The position numbers and the translations under genes were made by a program. Below are positions 7,325 through 17,085 of a stretch of DNA of 32,306 bases, piece after piece. Below the pieces are notes generated by a model, which saw nothing but the letters and a program-made list of their open reading frames with translations, had not been told where the DNA came from and did not search any database. How positions within the stretch are numbered: position 1 is the stretch's first letter; each line of letters opens with the position of its first letter. The stretch is taken from the NCBI GenBank assembly GCA_013151235.1, contig JAADIO010000026.1:1-32306 (forward strand), written 5' to 3'. Source of the stretch: Deltaproteobacteria bacterium. Its GTDB lineage: Bacteria; CG2-30-53-67.

Positions 7325-9088
7325 ATGGAACAACAGAATGTTATGGACATCAAGGATCTGGGGCGAATTCTCCGAAAACGAAAATGGACGATCCTGATTC
7401 CGGCGGTTTCCCTCTTTATAGTGATTGCCCTGGTTGCCTATCTGTTGCCGGCGATCTACAAGTCGGAGACGATGATCCTGATTGAAAACCAGAAGATCCC
7501 TACGGACTATGTCCAGTCCACGGTGACCTCGGAGGTGGAGGAACGGCTGAACGTCATCAATCAGCGGTTGATGAGCCGGACAAGGCTGGAAAAGATTATT
7601 AACAAGTTTAACCTTTATCCGGAATACCGGAAAGACTGGACGCGTGAAGAGATCATCAACAAGATGCGGGAAGATATCAATCTTGAAGTCGTCTCGGCGG
7701 AAGGGGTGGACAAGAAGAGTGGCAGGCCGGTGACTTTTACGGTGGCATTCAAACTCTCTTATGAGGGAAAAGATCCGGCCACCGTTCAGAAGGTTTGCAG
7801 CGAACTGGCCTCTTTCTATATCGAAGAAAATCTCAAGCTTCGTGTCGACACCAGTGCCATGACGACCCGTTTTGTCTCCGACGAGATGAAAAAAATGGAA
7901 GAGGAGATCCGGAAGGTCGGAAAGACGATTGCTGAATACAAAGAGAAACACCAGAACGAGCTTCCCGAACAGCTCATGGTGAACATGCAGAATTTAGACC
8001 GATATGAGCGGTATCTGGAGACGAATCACCGGGATCTGCAGAATGCGAAGTCCAGTCTTGTCTTTCTCCGGGGGCAGCTTGCGGAAACGGATCCCGATGC
8101 TACAATGATCTCCAGCTACGGCAAACGGGTCCTTTCTCCCAAGGAACAGTTGGAACTCGATCGGACCCAGTTGATCACCCTTGAGTCAAAACTTTCTCCC
8201 CATCATCCCGATGTCCTGGCCATGAAGAAAGAGATCGCCCGCCTGGAGAAGGAAGTGCAGACCGATGATGTGGACACCCTGAAACAGAGCCTTAGTGAAA
8301 AGGAGGCCGAACTGGCAACGCTTCGAGCCAAATACAGCGGGAAGCATCCTGATGTGATCCGTGTTTCCGGTGAAGTGCGGGATCTGAAAAACCGGATACA
8401 GCAGATTCGGAAGACCCAGGGTGGCGAGGCTTCCGAGTATGCCGTGGACCCGACCAACCCGGCCTACATCAGCCTGCAGACCCAGATCGAATCGAAGAAA
8501 CTCGAGATCGTCTCTTTGCAGCAGCAGGAAAAGCAATACAAGAAAGTGATCGAATTCTACCAGCAACGGATCGCAAATACTCCGACCGTGGAGAAGGCCC
8601 TGGCAGCGTTGCAAAGCGACTATGATGTGGCCCGGACCAATTACCAGGAACTGATGAACAAAGAAACCCAGGCGAAGATCTCCGAAAGCATGGAGAATCG
8701 CCAAGAGGCGGAGCGGTTTACCATTATTGATCCCGCCCAGCTTCCGGAGGAGCCCTACAAGCCGAACCGGATGGCGATTCTCTTCATCGGCCTGATCCTC
8801 GGGGTCGGTGCCGGGGCAGGCTCGGGTTTCCTTGCTGAATATATGGATCAGTCCTTCTCCAGCGTGGAGGATCTGCGGAGTTTCTCCGAATTACCCGTTC
8901 TGGCTGTAATCCCGAAGGTGGTGACCGGGGACGAGATCCAACACCGGAAGAAACGGCGCCGCATCCTCTTCGCCTCTTTGCTGATTATCCTCGTTGCGCT
9001 TTTAGTGGTGGTACAGATCTTCTTCTTTAAATTTGATATCTTTTTCATTAAACTTTTTCGGGAGGCTCGGAAGTTTCCCATCCAGTAA
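7325..9088 (+). CDS. Polysaccharide chain-length determinant (GumC/Wzc N-terminal, PCP family)
   Basis: N- and C-terminal TM segments, long coiled coil, two HPDV motifs, IIDPAQLPEEPYKP and LPVLAVIP. Confidence 0.92.
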   Translation: MEQQNVMDIKDLGRILRKRKWTILIPAVSLFIVIALVAYLLPAIYKSETMILIENQKIPTDYVQSTVTSEVEERLNVINQRLMSRTRLEKIINKFNLYPEYRKDWTREEIINKMREDINLEVVSAEGVDKKSGRPVTFTVAFKLSYEGKDPATVQKVCSELASFYIEENLKLRVDTSAMTTRFVSDEMKKMEEEIRKVGKTIAEYKEKHQNELPEQLMVNMQNLDRYERYLETNHRDLQNAKSSLVFLRGQLAETDPDATMISSYGKRVLSPKEQLELDRTQLITLESKLSPHHPDVLAMKKEIARLEKEVQTDDVDTLKQSLSEKEAELATLRAKYSGKHPDVIRVSGEVRDLKNRIQQIRKTQGGEASEYAVDPTNPAYISLQTQIESKKLEIVSLQQQEKQYKKVIEFYQQRIANTPTVEKALAALQSDYDVARTNYQELMNKETQAKISESMENRQEAERFTIIDPAQLPEEPYKPNRMAILFIGLILGVGAGAGSGFLAEYMDQSFSSVEDLRSFSELPVLAVIPKVVTGDEIQHRKKRRRILFASLLIILVALLVVVQIFFFKFDIFFIKLFREARKFPIQ

Positions 9089-9104
9089 CGAAGAGTCAAT
9101 GTAT

Positions 9105-9221
9105 GATGAAGTCGTAAAAAGTCCACCTGTCCCTTCGATGGCTTCGGCCAGCTCACCATGCTCGGAAGCCTGTCGAACCATAGAATGGAACCCGGGGAAT
9201 GACTCTTTTTACGAGACCATC
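9105..9221. mobile_element. MITE copy 2 (117 bp, shorter interior)
   Basis: Ends GATGAAGTCGTAAAAAGTC ... GACTCTTTTTACGAGACCATC; AATGTAT is duplicated at 9098-9104 and 9222-9228. Confidence 0.87.
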
Positions 9222-9231
9222 AATGTATAGG

Positions 9232-9248
9232 CTGGACGGGCTTTTGCT
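9232..9248 (+). promoter_or_regulatory. Candidate sigma54 -24/-12 promoter
   Basis: CTGG-ACGGGCTT-TTGCT gives GG-N10-GC with the YTGG and TTGCW flanks; the CACG positions mismatch; about 40 nt before ATG 9290. Confidence 0.45.
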
Positions 9249-9289
9249 GAAGTTGTGATGGATAAGAATTGAGAAGTGCCGGATGAACG

Positions 9290-10666
9290 ATGAAGTTTTT
9301 AAGATTTTCATTCCAGTCCAGAAAAATCCTCCTGTTTCTCTGCGAAGGGGGACTGATCTTTTCATCGGTCATGGCCGGGGTCTATCTGCGGTTGGGGACC
9401 TTTCAATACGAATCGGTGGTTCTCAAGGCATTCGTGACCGTTTCGGTCTGCCTGGTTTGTCTCTATTATACGGACCTCTACAATATCCGGATTATCCGGG
9501 ATTTACGGGAACTGTTGTTTCGCCTGATTCAGGCACTGGGGGCGTCGTCGATTCTTCTGGCCGGGATCTATTATCTTTATCCGCAACTCATCATCGGCAG
9601 AGGGATTTCCCTGATTGCAGCGGTCATTATTTTCTTTTCGATCTTCACTTGGCGTCTGCTTTACCGGTGGTTTCTCATGTCCCGGGGGATGGAGGAGAAT
9701 ATCCTCATTATCGGCACGACTCCCCTGGCCTTTGCCCTGGCCGGGGAGATCTCGACCCACAGGACCCTGGGATACCGGGTGATCGGTTTTATCGGAGAGG
9801 AAGCCGGTGTGTCGGTCGGAAATCCTGTGGAATTGCCGGTACTGGGGACCTGCAACGACATTCCGGAGGTTGTTAAGAAATACGCCATTAGCAGAATCAT
9901 TGTTTCCGTCAGTGAGCGGAGAGGGAAACTCCCGATGGATGTTCTTCTGAAATGCAAGATGGGCGGTGTGGAAATTGACGAAGGGGTCGGTTTTTATGAA
10001 TGGATTACCGGCAAGATTCTCGTGGACAAACTGCGACCGAGCTGGTTGGTTTTCTCCTCCGGATTCAAAAAGGACCAGCTGACCCGGGTCTCCAAACGAG
10101 TCAGTGAGATGATCCTTTCTTTCATGCTGCTCCTCTTTTTGATGCCGCTGGTGATTTTTATTGCCCTGTTGATCAAGATCGAAAGCCGGGGGCCGGTCTT
10201 CTTTAAGCAGGAGCGGGTCGGCGAACATGGAAGGACCTTTGTCCTCTACAAGTTTCGTTCCATGCGTGAGGATGCGGAAGAAAAGACCGGACCGGTATGG
10301 GCGGAAGGCGAAGACGGGCGGGTCACCCGGGTCGGGAAAATTCTACGGAAGATAAGATTGGATGAGATCCCGCAGTTATGGAATGTTCTCAAGGGAGATA
10401 TGAGCATTGTCGGTCCGCGTCCTGAACGGCCTTTTTTTGTGGAACAGCTCTCCCGGGAGATCCCCTTCTATAATGAACGACATTCCGTGAAACCGGGGAT
10501 TACCGGTTGGGCCCAGGTCCGTTATGAATACGGCGCCTCGGTAGAGGATGCGCTGGAAAAGCTGCAGTACGATCTTTTTTACATCAAGCATATGTCCCTT
10601 CTGCTTGACCTGGAGGTGATCATTGATACTTTAAAGGTGGTCTTTCTCGGTAGGGGAGCAAGGTGA
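9290..10666 (+). CDS. Priming polyprenyl-phosphate sugar transferase (resembles the XrtA/PEP-CTERM-associated type)
   Basis: Four N-terminal TMs, [52 protein letters not shown] and [12 protein letters not shown]. Confidence 0.92.
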   Translation: MKFLRFSFQSRKILLFLCEGGLIFSSVMAGVYLRLGTFQYESVVLKAFVTVSVCLVCLYYTDLYNIRIIRDLRELLFRLIQALGASSILLAGIYYLYPQLIIGRGISLIAAVIIFFSIFTWRLLYRWFLMSRGMEENILIIGTTPLAFALAGEISTHRTLGYRVIGFIGEEAGVSVGNPVELPVLGTCNDIPEVVKKYAISRIIVSVSERRGKLPMDVLLKCKMGGVEIDEGVGFYEWITGKILVDKLRPSWLVFSSGFKKDQLTRVSKRVSEMILSFMLLLFLMPLVIFIALLIKIESRGPVFFKQERVGEHGRTFVLYKFRSMREDAEEKTGPVWAEGEDGRVTRVGKILRKIRLDEIPQLWNVLKGDMSIVGPRPERPFFVEQLSREIPFYNERHSVKPGITGWAQVRYEYGASVEDALEKLQYDLFYIKHMSLLLDLEVIIDTLKVVFLGRGAR

Positions 10667-10713
10667 CGTCGAACAGGGATTGAATAGCAACCTCTTTTCT
10701 GGAGAATCAAGCG

Positions 10714-11520
10714 ATGAGCAAAATCGAAGAAGCGCTGAAAAAAGCGAAGCAGTCTCGAGAAAAAGGTGGGACCTCCGAGGTTCCGGCCTCGGAGGTATTC
10801 CTGGAAGGTTCGCCGGAGTACACCCGGACCCGCTTCCAGGAGGTCGATCCGAAACAGGTGGAGGCAAACCGGATTGTTACGTTATCGGGAGAGTCCACAC
10901 GCGTGACCGAGCAGTATCGTATGCTCCGTACCCAGATCCTCCAGAAAACCGAGGGGTGTGGGGATAACTGCCTCATGGTCACCAGTTCCGTCGATGGGGA
11001 AGGGAAGAGCACGACTGCAATCAATCTTGCCGTGGCCATTGCCAAGGAGGTCCATAAGACGGTGCTTCTTGTGGATGCCGACCTGCGGCGTCCGTCGATT
11101 CATAAATATCTCGGACTTACGCCGGAGCAGGGGCTGTCTCACTATCTTCTTGAGAGTGTTCCCCTGGAGGATCTCCTGATCCGGACCGGTGTGGAAAAGC
11201 TGAGCTTTCTGCCGGCCGGCAGTCCCATGGTCGATTCCACCGAAATCCTGCGTTCCACCCGGATGCAGGAGCTGATCCGGGAGGTGAAGGAGCGCTACAA
11301 GAATCGTTATGTGATCTTCGATACGACCCCGCTGCTGCAGACGGCCGACTCCTGTGTCCTTGCCCAGTTTATGGACGGAATTATATTTGTCGTCCAGGCG
11401 GAAAAGACCCCTCGCAAGGAAGTTGCCGAAGCCTTGAAACTGCTGGATGGACGGAATGTTCTCGGAGTGGTGATGAACAATCTTGCCGTGACGGAGAAGC
11501 ACTATCAATATGAGACTTGA
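10714..11520 (+). CDS. Stand-alone BY-kinase (CpsD/CapB-type tyrosine autokinase)
   Basis: MSKIEEAL start, EQYRMLRT, Walker A GEGKS, A' VLLVDADLR, B VIFDTTP and a short C-terminal Tyr cluster (HYQY). Confidence 0.92.
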   Translation: MSKIEEALKKAKQSREKGGTSEVPASEVFLEGSPEYTRTRFQEVDPKQVEANRIVTLSGESTRVTEQYRMLRTQILQKTEGCGDNCLMVTSSVDGEGKSTTAINLAVAIAKEVHKTVLLVDADLRRPSIHKYLGLTPEQGLSHYLLESVPLEDLLIRTGVEKLSFLPAGSPMVDSTEILRSTRMQELIREVKERYKNRYVIFDTTPLLQTADSCVLAQFMDGIIFVVQAEKTPRKEVAEALKLLDGRNVLGVVMNNLAVTEKHYQYET

Positions 11521-11592
11521 CCGACATACTTACAGGGGTATGCTTGCCGAATAACAGAGGCGTGAGAGGGGGGCTTCCCCCATGGATGTACC

Positions 11593-12738
11593 ATGTATAG
11601 TCAATTTTATAATTTCAAAGAGAAACCCTTTTCCCTGACCCCGGATCCGGAGTTTCTCTATCGGAGCCGGGCACACAAACGGGCGCTTGCCTACCTGGAA
11701 TACGGTATTCGGGATCCTTCCGGATTTACCTGTATTACAGGCGAGATCGGCGCCGGCAAGACCACGCTGCTGCGGGTTTTTCTCAACCAGATGGAGGGGC
11801 AGGTCCGGATCGCCAGGGTCTTTAATACCAAGGTGACCTCACGGCAGCTTTTAGAAATGATCCTCCAGGATCTGGGAGTTACCTGCAAGGGGATGAGCAA
11901 GACGGAGATGATCGATGCTCTGAACCGTCATCTGATTGAGACCTTTGCCGAAGGTGACCGGGTGGTCCTCCTGATTGATGAGGCCCAGAACCTGAACGTC
12001 GATCTTCTCGAAGAGATTCGTCTCCTGTCGAACCTGGAGACGGAAAAGGCCAAACTGCTCCAGATTATCCTGGTGGGGCAGTCGGAACTCCGGGAACTCC
12101 TCCAGTTACCGAAACTGGAACAGTTCCGGCAGCGGATCACGGTCAACTACCATATCCAGCCTCTCGATTCGGCGGAGACGACGGCCTATATCCACCATCG
12201 TCTCCGGGTTGCCGGGCGGGGTGAGCCGCTGGTTTTTCCCGGGGCGGTATTGAAGGTTATTCATCATTATTCGCGGGGGGTTCCCCGCCTAATCAATGTA
12301 ATCTGTGATGCCCTGCTGCTGTATGGTTTCGTGGAAGAGAAACCACAGCCCGATGAAGGGATGATTCGGGAGGTTGTGAAGGACCTGTTGCAGGACGGAA
12401 CTTTGAAGGATCCGGAGAAGATCCTTCGGGACAAGGAAGAGGCAGCGGCCGTCCGACAGGGTGCGGCCGGAATGCTCACGACCCTGCGGGAGAAAGTGCG
12501 GACCCTGGAACGGCAGCAGGAGGTTTTCGAAAAGACCCTGAAGGGGTTGGTCGGCAACAACCGGTTCCTTGAAGAAAAAAGCTCCGAGCTGCTCCGTCGG
12601 TTTGAAGAACTCCATCGCAGAGAACAGGCGCTGGCGGTGAAGCAGGAACAACTGAAACAGAAGGAAAGCGAATTGCTCCGGCAGGAAAACAGGTTACCCG
12701 GTTATCTGCCGATCATAGAAGGGGAAAAGCATGAGTAA
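11593..12738 (+). CDS. ExeA/GspA-like AAA ATPase with a C-terminal coiled coil
   Basis: KPFSLTPDPEFLY, GEIGAGKTT, LIDEAQNL, EEIRLLSN and SRGVPRLIN.CD motifs. Confidence 0.9.
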   Translation: MYSQFYNFKEKPFSLTPDPEFLYRSRAHKRALAYLEYGIRDPSGFTCITGEIGAGKTTLLRVFLNQMEGQVRIARVFNTKVTSRQLLEMILQDLGVTCKGMSKTEMIDALNRHLIETFAEGDRVVLLIDEAQNLNVDLLEEIRLLSNLETEKAKLLQIILVGQSELRELLQLPKLEQFRQRITVNYHIQPLDSAETTAYIHHRLRVAGRGEPLVFPGAVLKVIHHYSRGVPRLINVICDALLLYGFVEEKPQPDEGMIREVVKDLLQDGTLKDPEKILRDKEEAAAVRQGAAGMLTTLREKVRTLERQQEVFEKTLKGLVGNNRFLEEKSSELLRRFEELHRREQALAVKQEQLKQKESELLRQENRLPGYLPIIEGEKHE

Positions 12739-14053
12739 TGCGCAGGACCTGGAAAAGAAATTTAGGTACTCTATCCGTCAGGGAACGCTGCATGCCGGTA
12801 TCATCGGGCTGGGTTATGTGGGTCTTCCTCTGGCTATGGAGTTTGCCCGGGCCGGCTACCATGTGACGGGGATCGACCTGGACGATGAAAAGGTCCGCCG
12901 GATCCGGGCCGGCAAATCCTATATTCCCGACGTGGAGGGGCATGAACTCCAGGCGTTGGTCACGAAGGGGCGGCTGACGGCCACCACCGACTATTCCGTT
13001 CTGAAGGATCTCGATACCGTGAACATCTGCGTTCCCACCCCGCTCCGGAAGACGAAGGACCCCGACGTCTCCTACATCGTCAATGCTGTGGAGCATGTCG
13101 CACAATATTTGCACCGGGGTCAATTGATCGTTCTGGAAAGCACGACCTACCCGGGGACGACGGAGGAACTGGTGCTGCCGATGCTACAGGAGAAAGGACT
13201 GAAGGTGGGCAGCGACTTCTGCCTGGCCTTTTCACCGGAACGGGTCGATCCCGGGAATGAAAAATATCAGACCCGCAACACGCCGAAGGTCGTCGGCGGG
13301 GTGACCGGACGCTGCAACCGGATCGCTGCCGCTTTTTATGCAGAGGCGATTGACAGGGTGGTCTCCGTCTCCTCCCCGAGAGTGGCCGAGATGGTCAAGC
13401 TGCTGGAGAATACCTTCCGGAGCGTCAATATCGGGCTCGTAAATGAGCTTGCTCTCATGTGCGACAAGATGGGAATCGACGTTTGGGAGGTCATCGATGC
13501 AGCGGGGACCAAGCCGTTCGGTTTCATGCCCTTTTACCCCGGCCCGGGGTTGGGAGGACACTGTATCCCCATTGATCCCTTCTATCTTTCATGGAAAGCC
13601 AAACAGAGCGGTTTCGAGCCCCGTTTTATCGAACTGGCCGGGGAGGTCAACGGGAAGATGCCTCACCATGTGGCGACCAAGGTCATGGATGCCTTGAATA
13701 TGCATGAAAAGAGCCTGAAGGGGTCGAAGGTTCTCGTATTGGGTGTGGCCTATAAAAAGGATATCGACGACCTGCGGGAATCTCCGGCCCTTGATATCAT
13801 TAAACTTTTGCAGGACAAGGGGGCGAAGGTCTCCTTTTCCGATCCCTTTATCCCGAGAGTTGCCCTGGACGGGGCCCGGCCGCTTCGGTCCGTTGCGCTT
13901 AACCGGAAGATGATCGTCACCTATGATTGCGTCCTGATTATCACCGATCACAGCGCCATTGATTATCGGGAGATTGTGAAGGAAGCTAAATTAGTGGTGG
14001 ATACCCGGAATGCCCTCAAGGGAATTGCGGGAAAGAATATCGTTCGGCTTTGA
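12731..14053 (+). CDS. UDP-N-acetylhexosamine 6-dehydrogenase (WbpA/WecC family)
   Basis: GLGYVGLPLA, ICVPTP, LESTTYPGTT, SPERVDPG, GPGLGGHCIP and DLRESPA. Confidence 0.92.
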   Translation: MSNAQDLEKKFRYSIRQGTLHAGIIGLGYVGLPLAMEFARAGYHVTGIDLDDEKVRRIRAGKSYIPDVEGHELQALVTKGRLTATTDYSVLKDLDTVNICVPTPLRKTKDPDVSYIVNAVEHVAQYLHRGQLIVLESTTYPGTTEELVLPMLQEKGLKVGSDFCLAFSPERVDPGNEKYQTRNTPKVVGGVTGRCNRIAAAFYAEAIDRVVSVSSPRVAEMVKLLENTFRSVNIGLVNELALMCDKMGIDVWEVIDAAGTKPFGFMPFYPGPGLGGHCIPIDPFYLSWKAKQSGFEPRFIELAGEVNGKMPHHVATKVMDALNMHEKSLKGSKVLVLGVAYKKDIDDLRESPALDIIKLLQDKGAKVSFSDPFIPRVALDGARPLRSVALNRKMIVTYDCVLIITDHSAIDYREIVKEAKLVVDTRNALKGIAGKNIVRL

Positions 14054-14061
14054 AAGGTCTT

Positions 14062-14625
14062 ATGAAAAAAACAGTCGAAGAGGCGATGACCGGCCATCGG
14101 AAGATGGTCGAGGCCGTGAAGGGGTTGCAGGGAAAGATTGTGGAGGTCGCAGAGATCATTGCACGCTCCCTCCGGCAGGGAGGGAAGGTCCTGGTCATGG
14201 GAAACGGAGGATCGGCGGCCGATGCCCAACACCTTGCGGCGGAATTCGTCGGCCGGTTCCTCCGGGAGAGGAAGGCCCTTCCAGCGATCTCCCTGAGCAC
14301 GGATACATCAATCCTGACGGCGTTGGGGAACGACTACGGATACGACGCCGTTTTTCTCCGCCAGGTTGAAGCGCTGGCCGTGTCCGGGGATGTGGTGATC
14401 GGGATCTCGACGAGCGGCAACTCGGAAAATGTGATCCGTGCCCTGGAGAAGGCAAACAAGATCGGTTGTTCCACCATCGGTCTGGCCGGCGGAGAGGGGG
14501 GCGCCATCGCCGGTGCGGTTGATCTTTCCCTTGTTGTGCCTGTGCCGGATACGCCCCGGATCCAGGAGGGGCATATCCTGATGATCCATATCCTCTGTGA
14601 CCTGGTGGAACAGGAGTTTGTATGA
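14062..14625 (+). CDS. gmhA: Phosphoheptose (sedoheptulose-7-phosphate) isomerase
   Basis: GNGGSAADAQHLAAE, GNDYGY, ISTSGNS and RIQEGH; ATG 14062 follows AAAGG (alternative TTG 14050). Confidence 0.93.
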   Translation: MKKTVEEAMTGHRKMVEAVKGLQGKIVEVAEIIARSLRQGGKVLVMGNGGSAADAQHLAAEFVGRFLRERKALPAISLSTDTSILTALGNDYGYDAVFLRQVEALAVSGDVVIGISTSGNSENVIRALEKANKIGCSTIGLAGGEGGAIAGAVDLSLVVPVPDTPRIQEGHILMIHILCDLVEQEFV

Positions 14626-15572
14626 GAGTACTCGTGACGGGGGGCGCGGGTTTTATCGGATCGACCCTTGTGGATCGTCTTCTCGAACGGGGTGACTCCG
14701 TGATCTGTCTCGACTCCTTTGATGATTTCTACGATCCGTCCATCAAACGGTGCAACCTTGAGATGGTTTCCAACCATCCGGGATTTACCCTGCTTACAGG
14801 GGATATCCGGGATAATGCCGTGATGAAGAAGGTGATGGATGACCTCTCTTTTGATGCCGTCATTCACACGGCGGCCCGGGCCGGGGTCCGGCCCTCCATC
14901 GAACAGCCCGCCCTCTACGAGGATGTCAACATTAAAGGAACGATGAATCTTCTGGAACTTGCCCGGCAGGTGCAGCCTGCAAACTTTGTTTTTCTTTCTT
15001 CCTCCTCGGTCTACGGTGTGAACAGGAAGGTTCCCTTTTCCGAGACCGATCCCGTCGACCATCCGATCTCTCCCTATGCAGCGACCAAGAAAGCCTGCGA
15101 GCTGATCTGCCATACCTATCATCATCTTTACGGCCTCAACATCACCTGCGTCCGGCCCTTTACCGTTTACGGCCCGCGGCAGCGGCCGGAGATGGCGATT
15201 CACAAATTTACCCGGATGATCGACCGGGGCGAGACGCTCCCCATGTTCGGGGACGGAACCTCCCGACGTGATTATACCTATATCGATGATCTTGTGGACG
15301 GGATCCTGCGGGCGTTGGACCGCCCCCTCGGTTATGACGTCATCAATCTCGGAGAACACGACACGATTGCACTGCGGGAGTTGATCGCCCTCATTGAAAA
15401 GAATCTTGGAAAGAAAGCGCGGATTGAAAAGTTGCCCGATCAGCCCGGTGATGTGCCGGTGACTTATGCCGACATCACACGGGCGAAAGAAAAATTGGGC
15501 TACGCCCCGCAAGTCAAGGTGCCGGAAGGGGTTCGGAAATTTGTAGAGTGGTACCGGGAAAGAAGTGTATAG
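14622..15572 (+). CDS. NAD-dependent epimerase, UDP-glucuronate 4-epimerase-like
   Basis: GGAGFIG, AARAGVRPS, SSSSVYG, PISPYAATKK, FTVYGPRQRPEMA and QPGDV. Confidence 0.88.
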   Translation: MRVLVTGGAGFIGSTLVDRLLERGDSVICLDSFDDFYDPSIKRCNLEMVSNHPGFTLLTGDIRDNAVMKKVMDDLSFDAVIHTAARAGVRPSIEQPALYEDVNIKGTMNLLELARQVQPANFVFLSSSSVYGVNRKVPFSETDPVDHPISPYAATKKACELICHTYHHLYGLNITCVRPFTVYGPRQRPEMAIHKFTRMIDRGETLPMFGDGTSRRDYTYIDDLVDGILRALDRPLGYDVINLGEHDTIALRELIALIEKNLGKKARIEKLPDQPGDVPVTYADITRAKEKLGYAPQVKVPEGVRKFVEWYRERSV

Positions 15573-15581
15573 GGAGGCGGT

Positions 15582-16883
15582 ATGCATATTGCAGTGATAG
15601 GAACAGGTTATGTCGGTCTTGTTTCCGGGACTTGCTTTGCCGAGTTCGGCATCAACGTGACCTGTGTGGATAACAACAGGGCGAAAATCGACGCACTGAA
15701 TGAGGGGAAGGTCCCGATTTATGAGCCCGGTCTGGAGGACATGGTCCAGAAAAATGTCCGGGAGGAGAGGCTTTTTTTTACTACGAACATCCAGGAGGCC
15801 GTGGAGAAGGCGTTGGTCATCTTCATTGCCGTAGGCACCCCCCAGGGAGACGGCGGGGCGGCCGATCTTTCCTATGTGGAAGAGGTGGCCCGGGAGATCG
15901 GGCGCTACATGAACGGGTACAAGGTGATCGTGGACAAGAGTACCGTCCCCGTCGGAACGGGGAAGCGGGTGGCGAACATTATCCGGGAGAACCAGACCGG
16001 TCACTACAGCTTTGATGTTGTCTCCAACCCGGAGTTCCTCCGGGAAGGGTCGGCCATCGAGGACTTCATGCGCCCCAACCGGGTCGTGATCGGGACCTCC
16101 AGCGACCAGGCCCAGGCGATCATGAAGGATCTCTACAAACCGCTCTACCTCATCGAGGCCCCCATGCTCTTTACCTCGGTGGAGAGCGCCGAGATGATCA
16201 AGTATGCCTCCAATGCCTTTCTGGCCACAAAGATCTCCTTTGTCAACGAGATCGCCAACCTCTGTGAGAAGGTCGGGGCCGATGTCCATCATGTGGCCAA
16301 GGGGATGGGGCTTGATGGCCGGATCAGCTCCAAGTTTCTCCACGCCGGCCCGGGGTTCGGCGGTTCCTGCTTCCCGAAAGATACGGCGGCACTGGCCCGG
16401 TTAGGCAAGAACCATGAAGTCGAGATGCAGGTGGTCCGGGCTGCGATCCAGGCCAATGAAAGTCAGAAGGAGAAAATGGTGGGAAAGATTACATCCGTTG
16501 TGGGCGACCTCGCGGGCAAAACCATCGGGGTTCTGGGACTCTCCTTCAAACCGAATACCGACGACATGCGGGATGCCCCCTCCCTGGTTATCATCAAGGG
16601 ATTACAACGGCAGGGGGCTTCGATCCGGGCTTACGATCCTGAGGCGATGGAGGCATCGAAGGCCTTGCTGCGCGAGATCGAATATTGTGGCAACCCCTAT
16701 GAGGTGGCGGACGGCGCCGATGCTCTGGTACTGGTGACGGAGTGGAACCAGTTTCGAATGCTTGATCTGGAAAAGCTCAAAGAATTGCTCAAATCGCCGG
16801 TCCTGGTCGATCTTCGGAATGTCTATGAACCGGAAACCCTCCGTGCTGCCGGGTTTACCTATACCTGTGTTGGGAGAGGCTGA
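15582..16883 (+). CDS. ugd: UDP-glucose 6-dehydrogenase
   Basis: GTGYVGL, KSTVPVGT, SNPEFLREG, GGSCFPKD and FKPNTDDMR. Confidence 0.93.
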   Translation: MHIAVIGTGYVGLVSGTCFAEFGINVTCVDNNRAKIDALNEGKVPIYEPGLEDMVQKNVREERLFFTTNIQEAVEKALVIFIAVGTPQGDGGAADLSYVEEVAREIGRYMNGYKVIVDKSTVPVGTGKRVANIIRENQTGHYSFDVVSNPEFLREGSAIEDFMRPNRVVIGTSSDQAQAIMKDLYKPLYLIEAPMLFTSVESAEMIKYASNAFLATKISFVNEIANLCEKVGADVHHVAKGMGLDGRISSKFLHAGPGFGGSCFPKDTAALARLGKNHEVEMQVVRAAIQANESQKEKMVGKITSVVGDLAGKTIGVLGLSFKPNTDDMRDAPSLVIIKGLQRQGASIRAYDPEAMEASKALLREIEYCGNPYEVADGADALVLVTEWNQFRMLDLEKLKELLKSPVLVDLRNVYEPETLRAAGFTYTCVGRG

Positions 16884-16891
16884 AGTTCTGA

Positions 16892-17069
16892 GGGGCGGAG
16901 GGACAAAGGCACAAAGGGGCAAAGGGACATGGGGAAAAGTCAAAGGCGAAAAGCATTCACCACGGGGGACACGAGGAGTCACGGGGGAAAAGATAAAATC
17001 AAGGTCAAAAGTGAAAAGCGTCCCGGTTTACCCGGGACGGAAGTTGCTGACCGCTGAGTGCTGAAAGCT
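16892..17069 (+). repeat. Intergenic repeat mosaic (8-mer tandem, CAC triad, hairpin, 7-mer tandem)
   Basis: GGNNCAAA-like 8-mers at 16892-16931; triad at 16958-16988; CGTCCCGG/CCGGGACG stem at 17019-17039; GCTGANN x3 at 17046-17069. Confidence 0.7.
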
Positions 17070-17085
17070 TATATAAGGAGAAACC

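Noticed and set aside
11531-11548. Possible sigma54 promoter before the ExeA-like ATPase
   Set aside because: GG-to-GC spacing is 9 nt, not the required 10.
14334-16343. 669-aa minus-strand ORF, and similar long antisense ORFs at 6596-7951, 17988-19346, 21226-22173 and 27109-28437
   Set aside because: They lie opposite well-supported genes and have no recognisable motifs; antisense shadows are expected in GC-rich coding DNA.
16892-17069. Short repeats considered as a CRISPR array or integron attC sites
   Set aside because: There is no constant 23-47 bp repeat with unique spacers, no cas or integrase gene, and I did not recognise an attC RYYYAAC...GTTRRRY structure.
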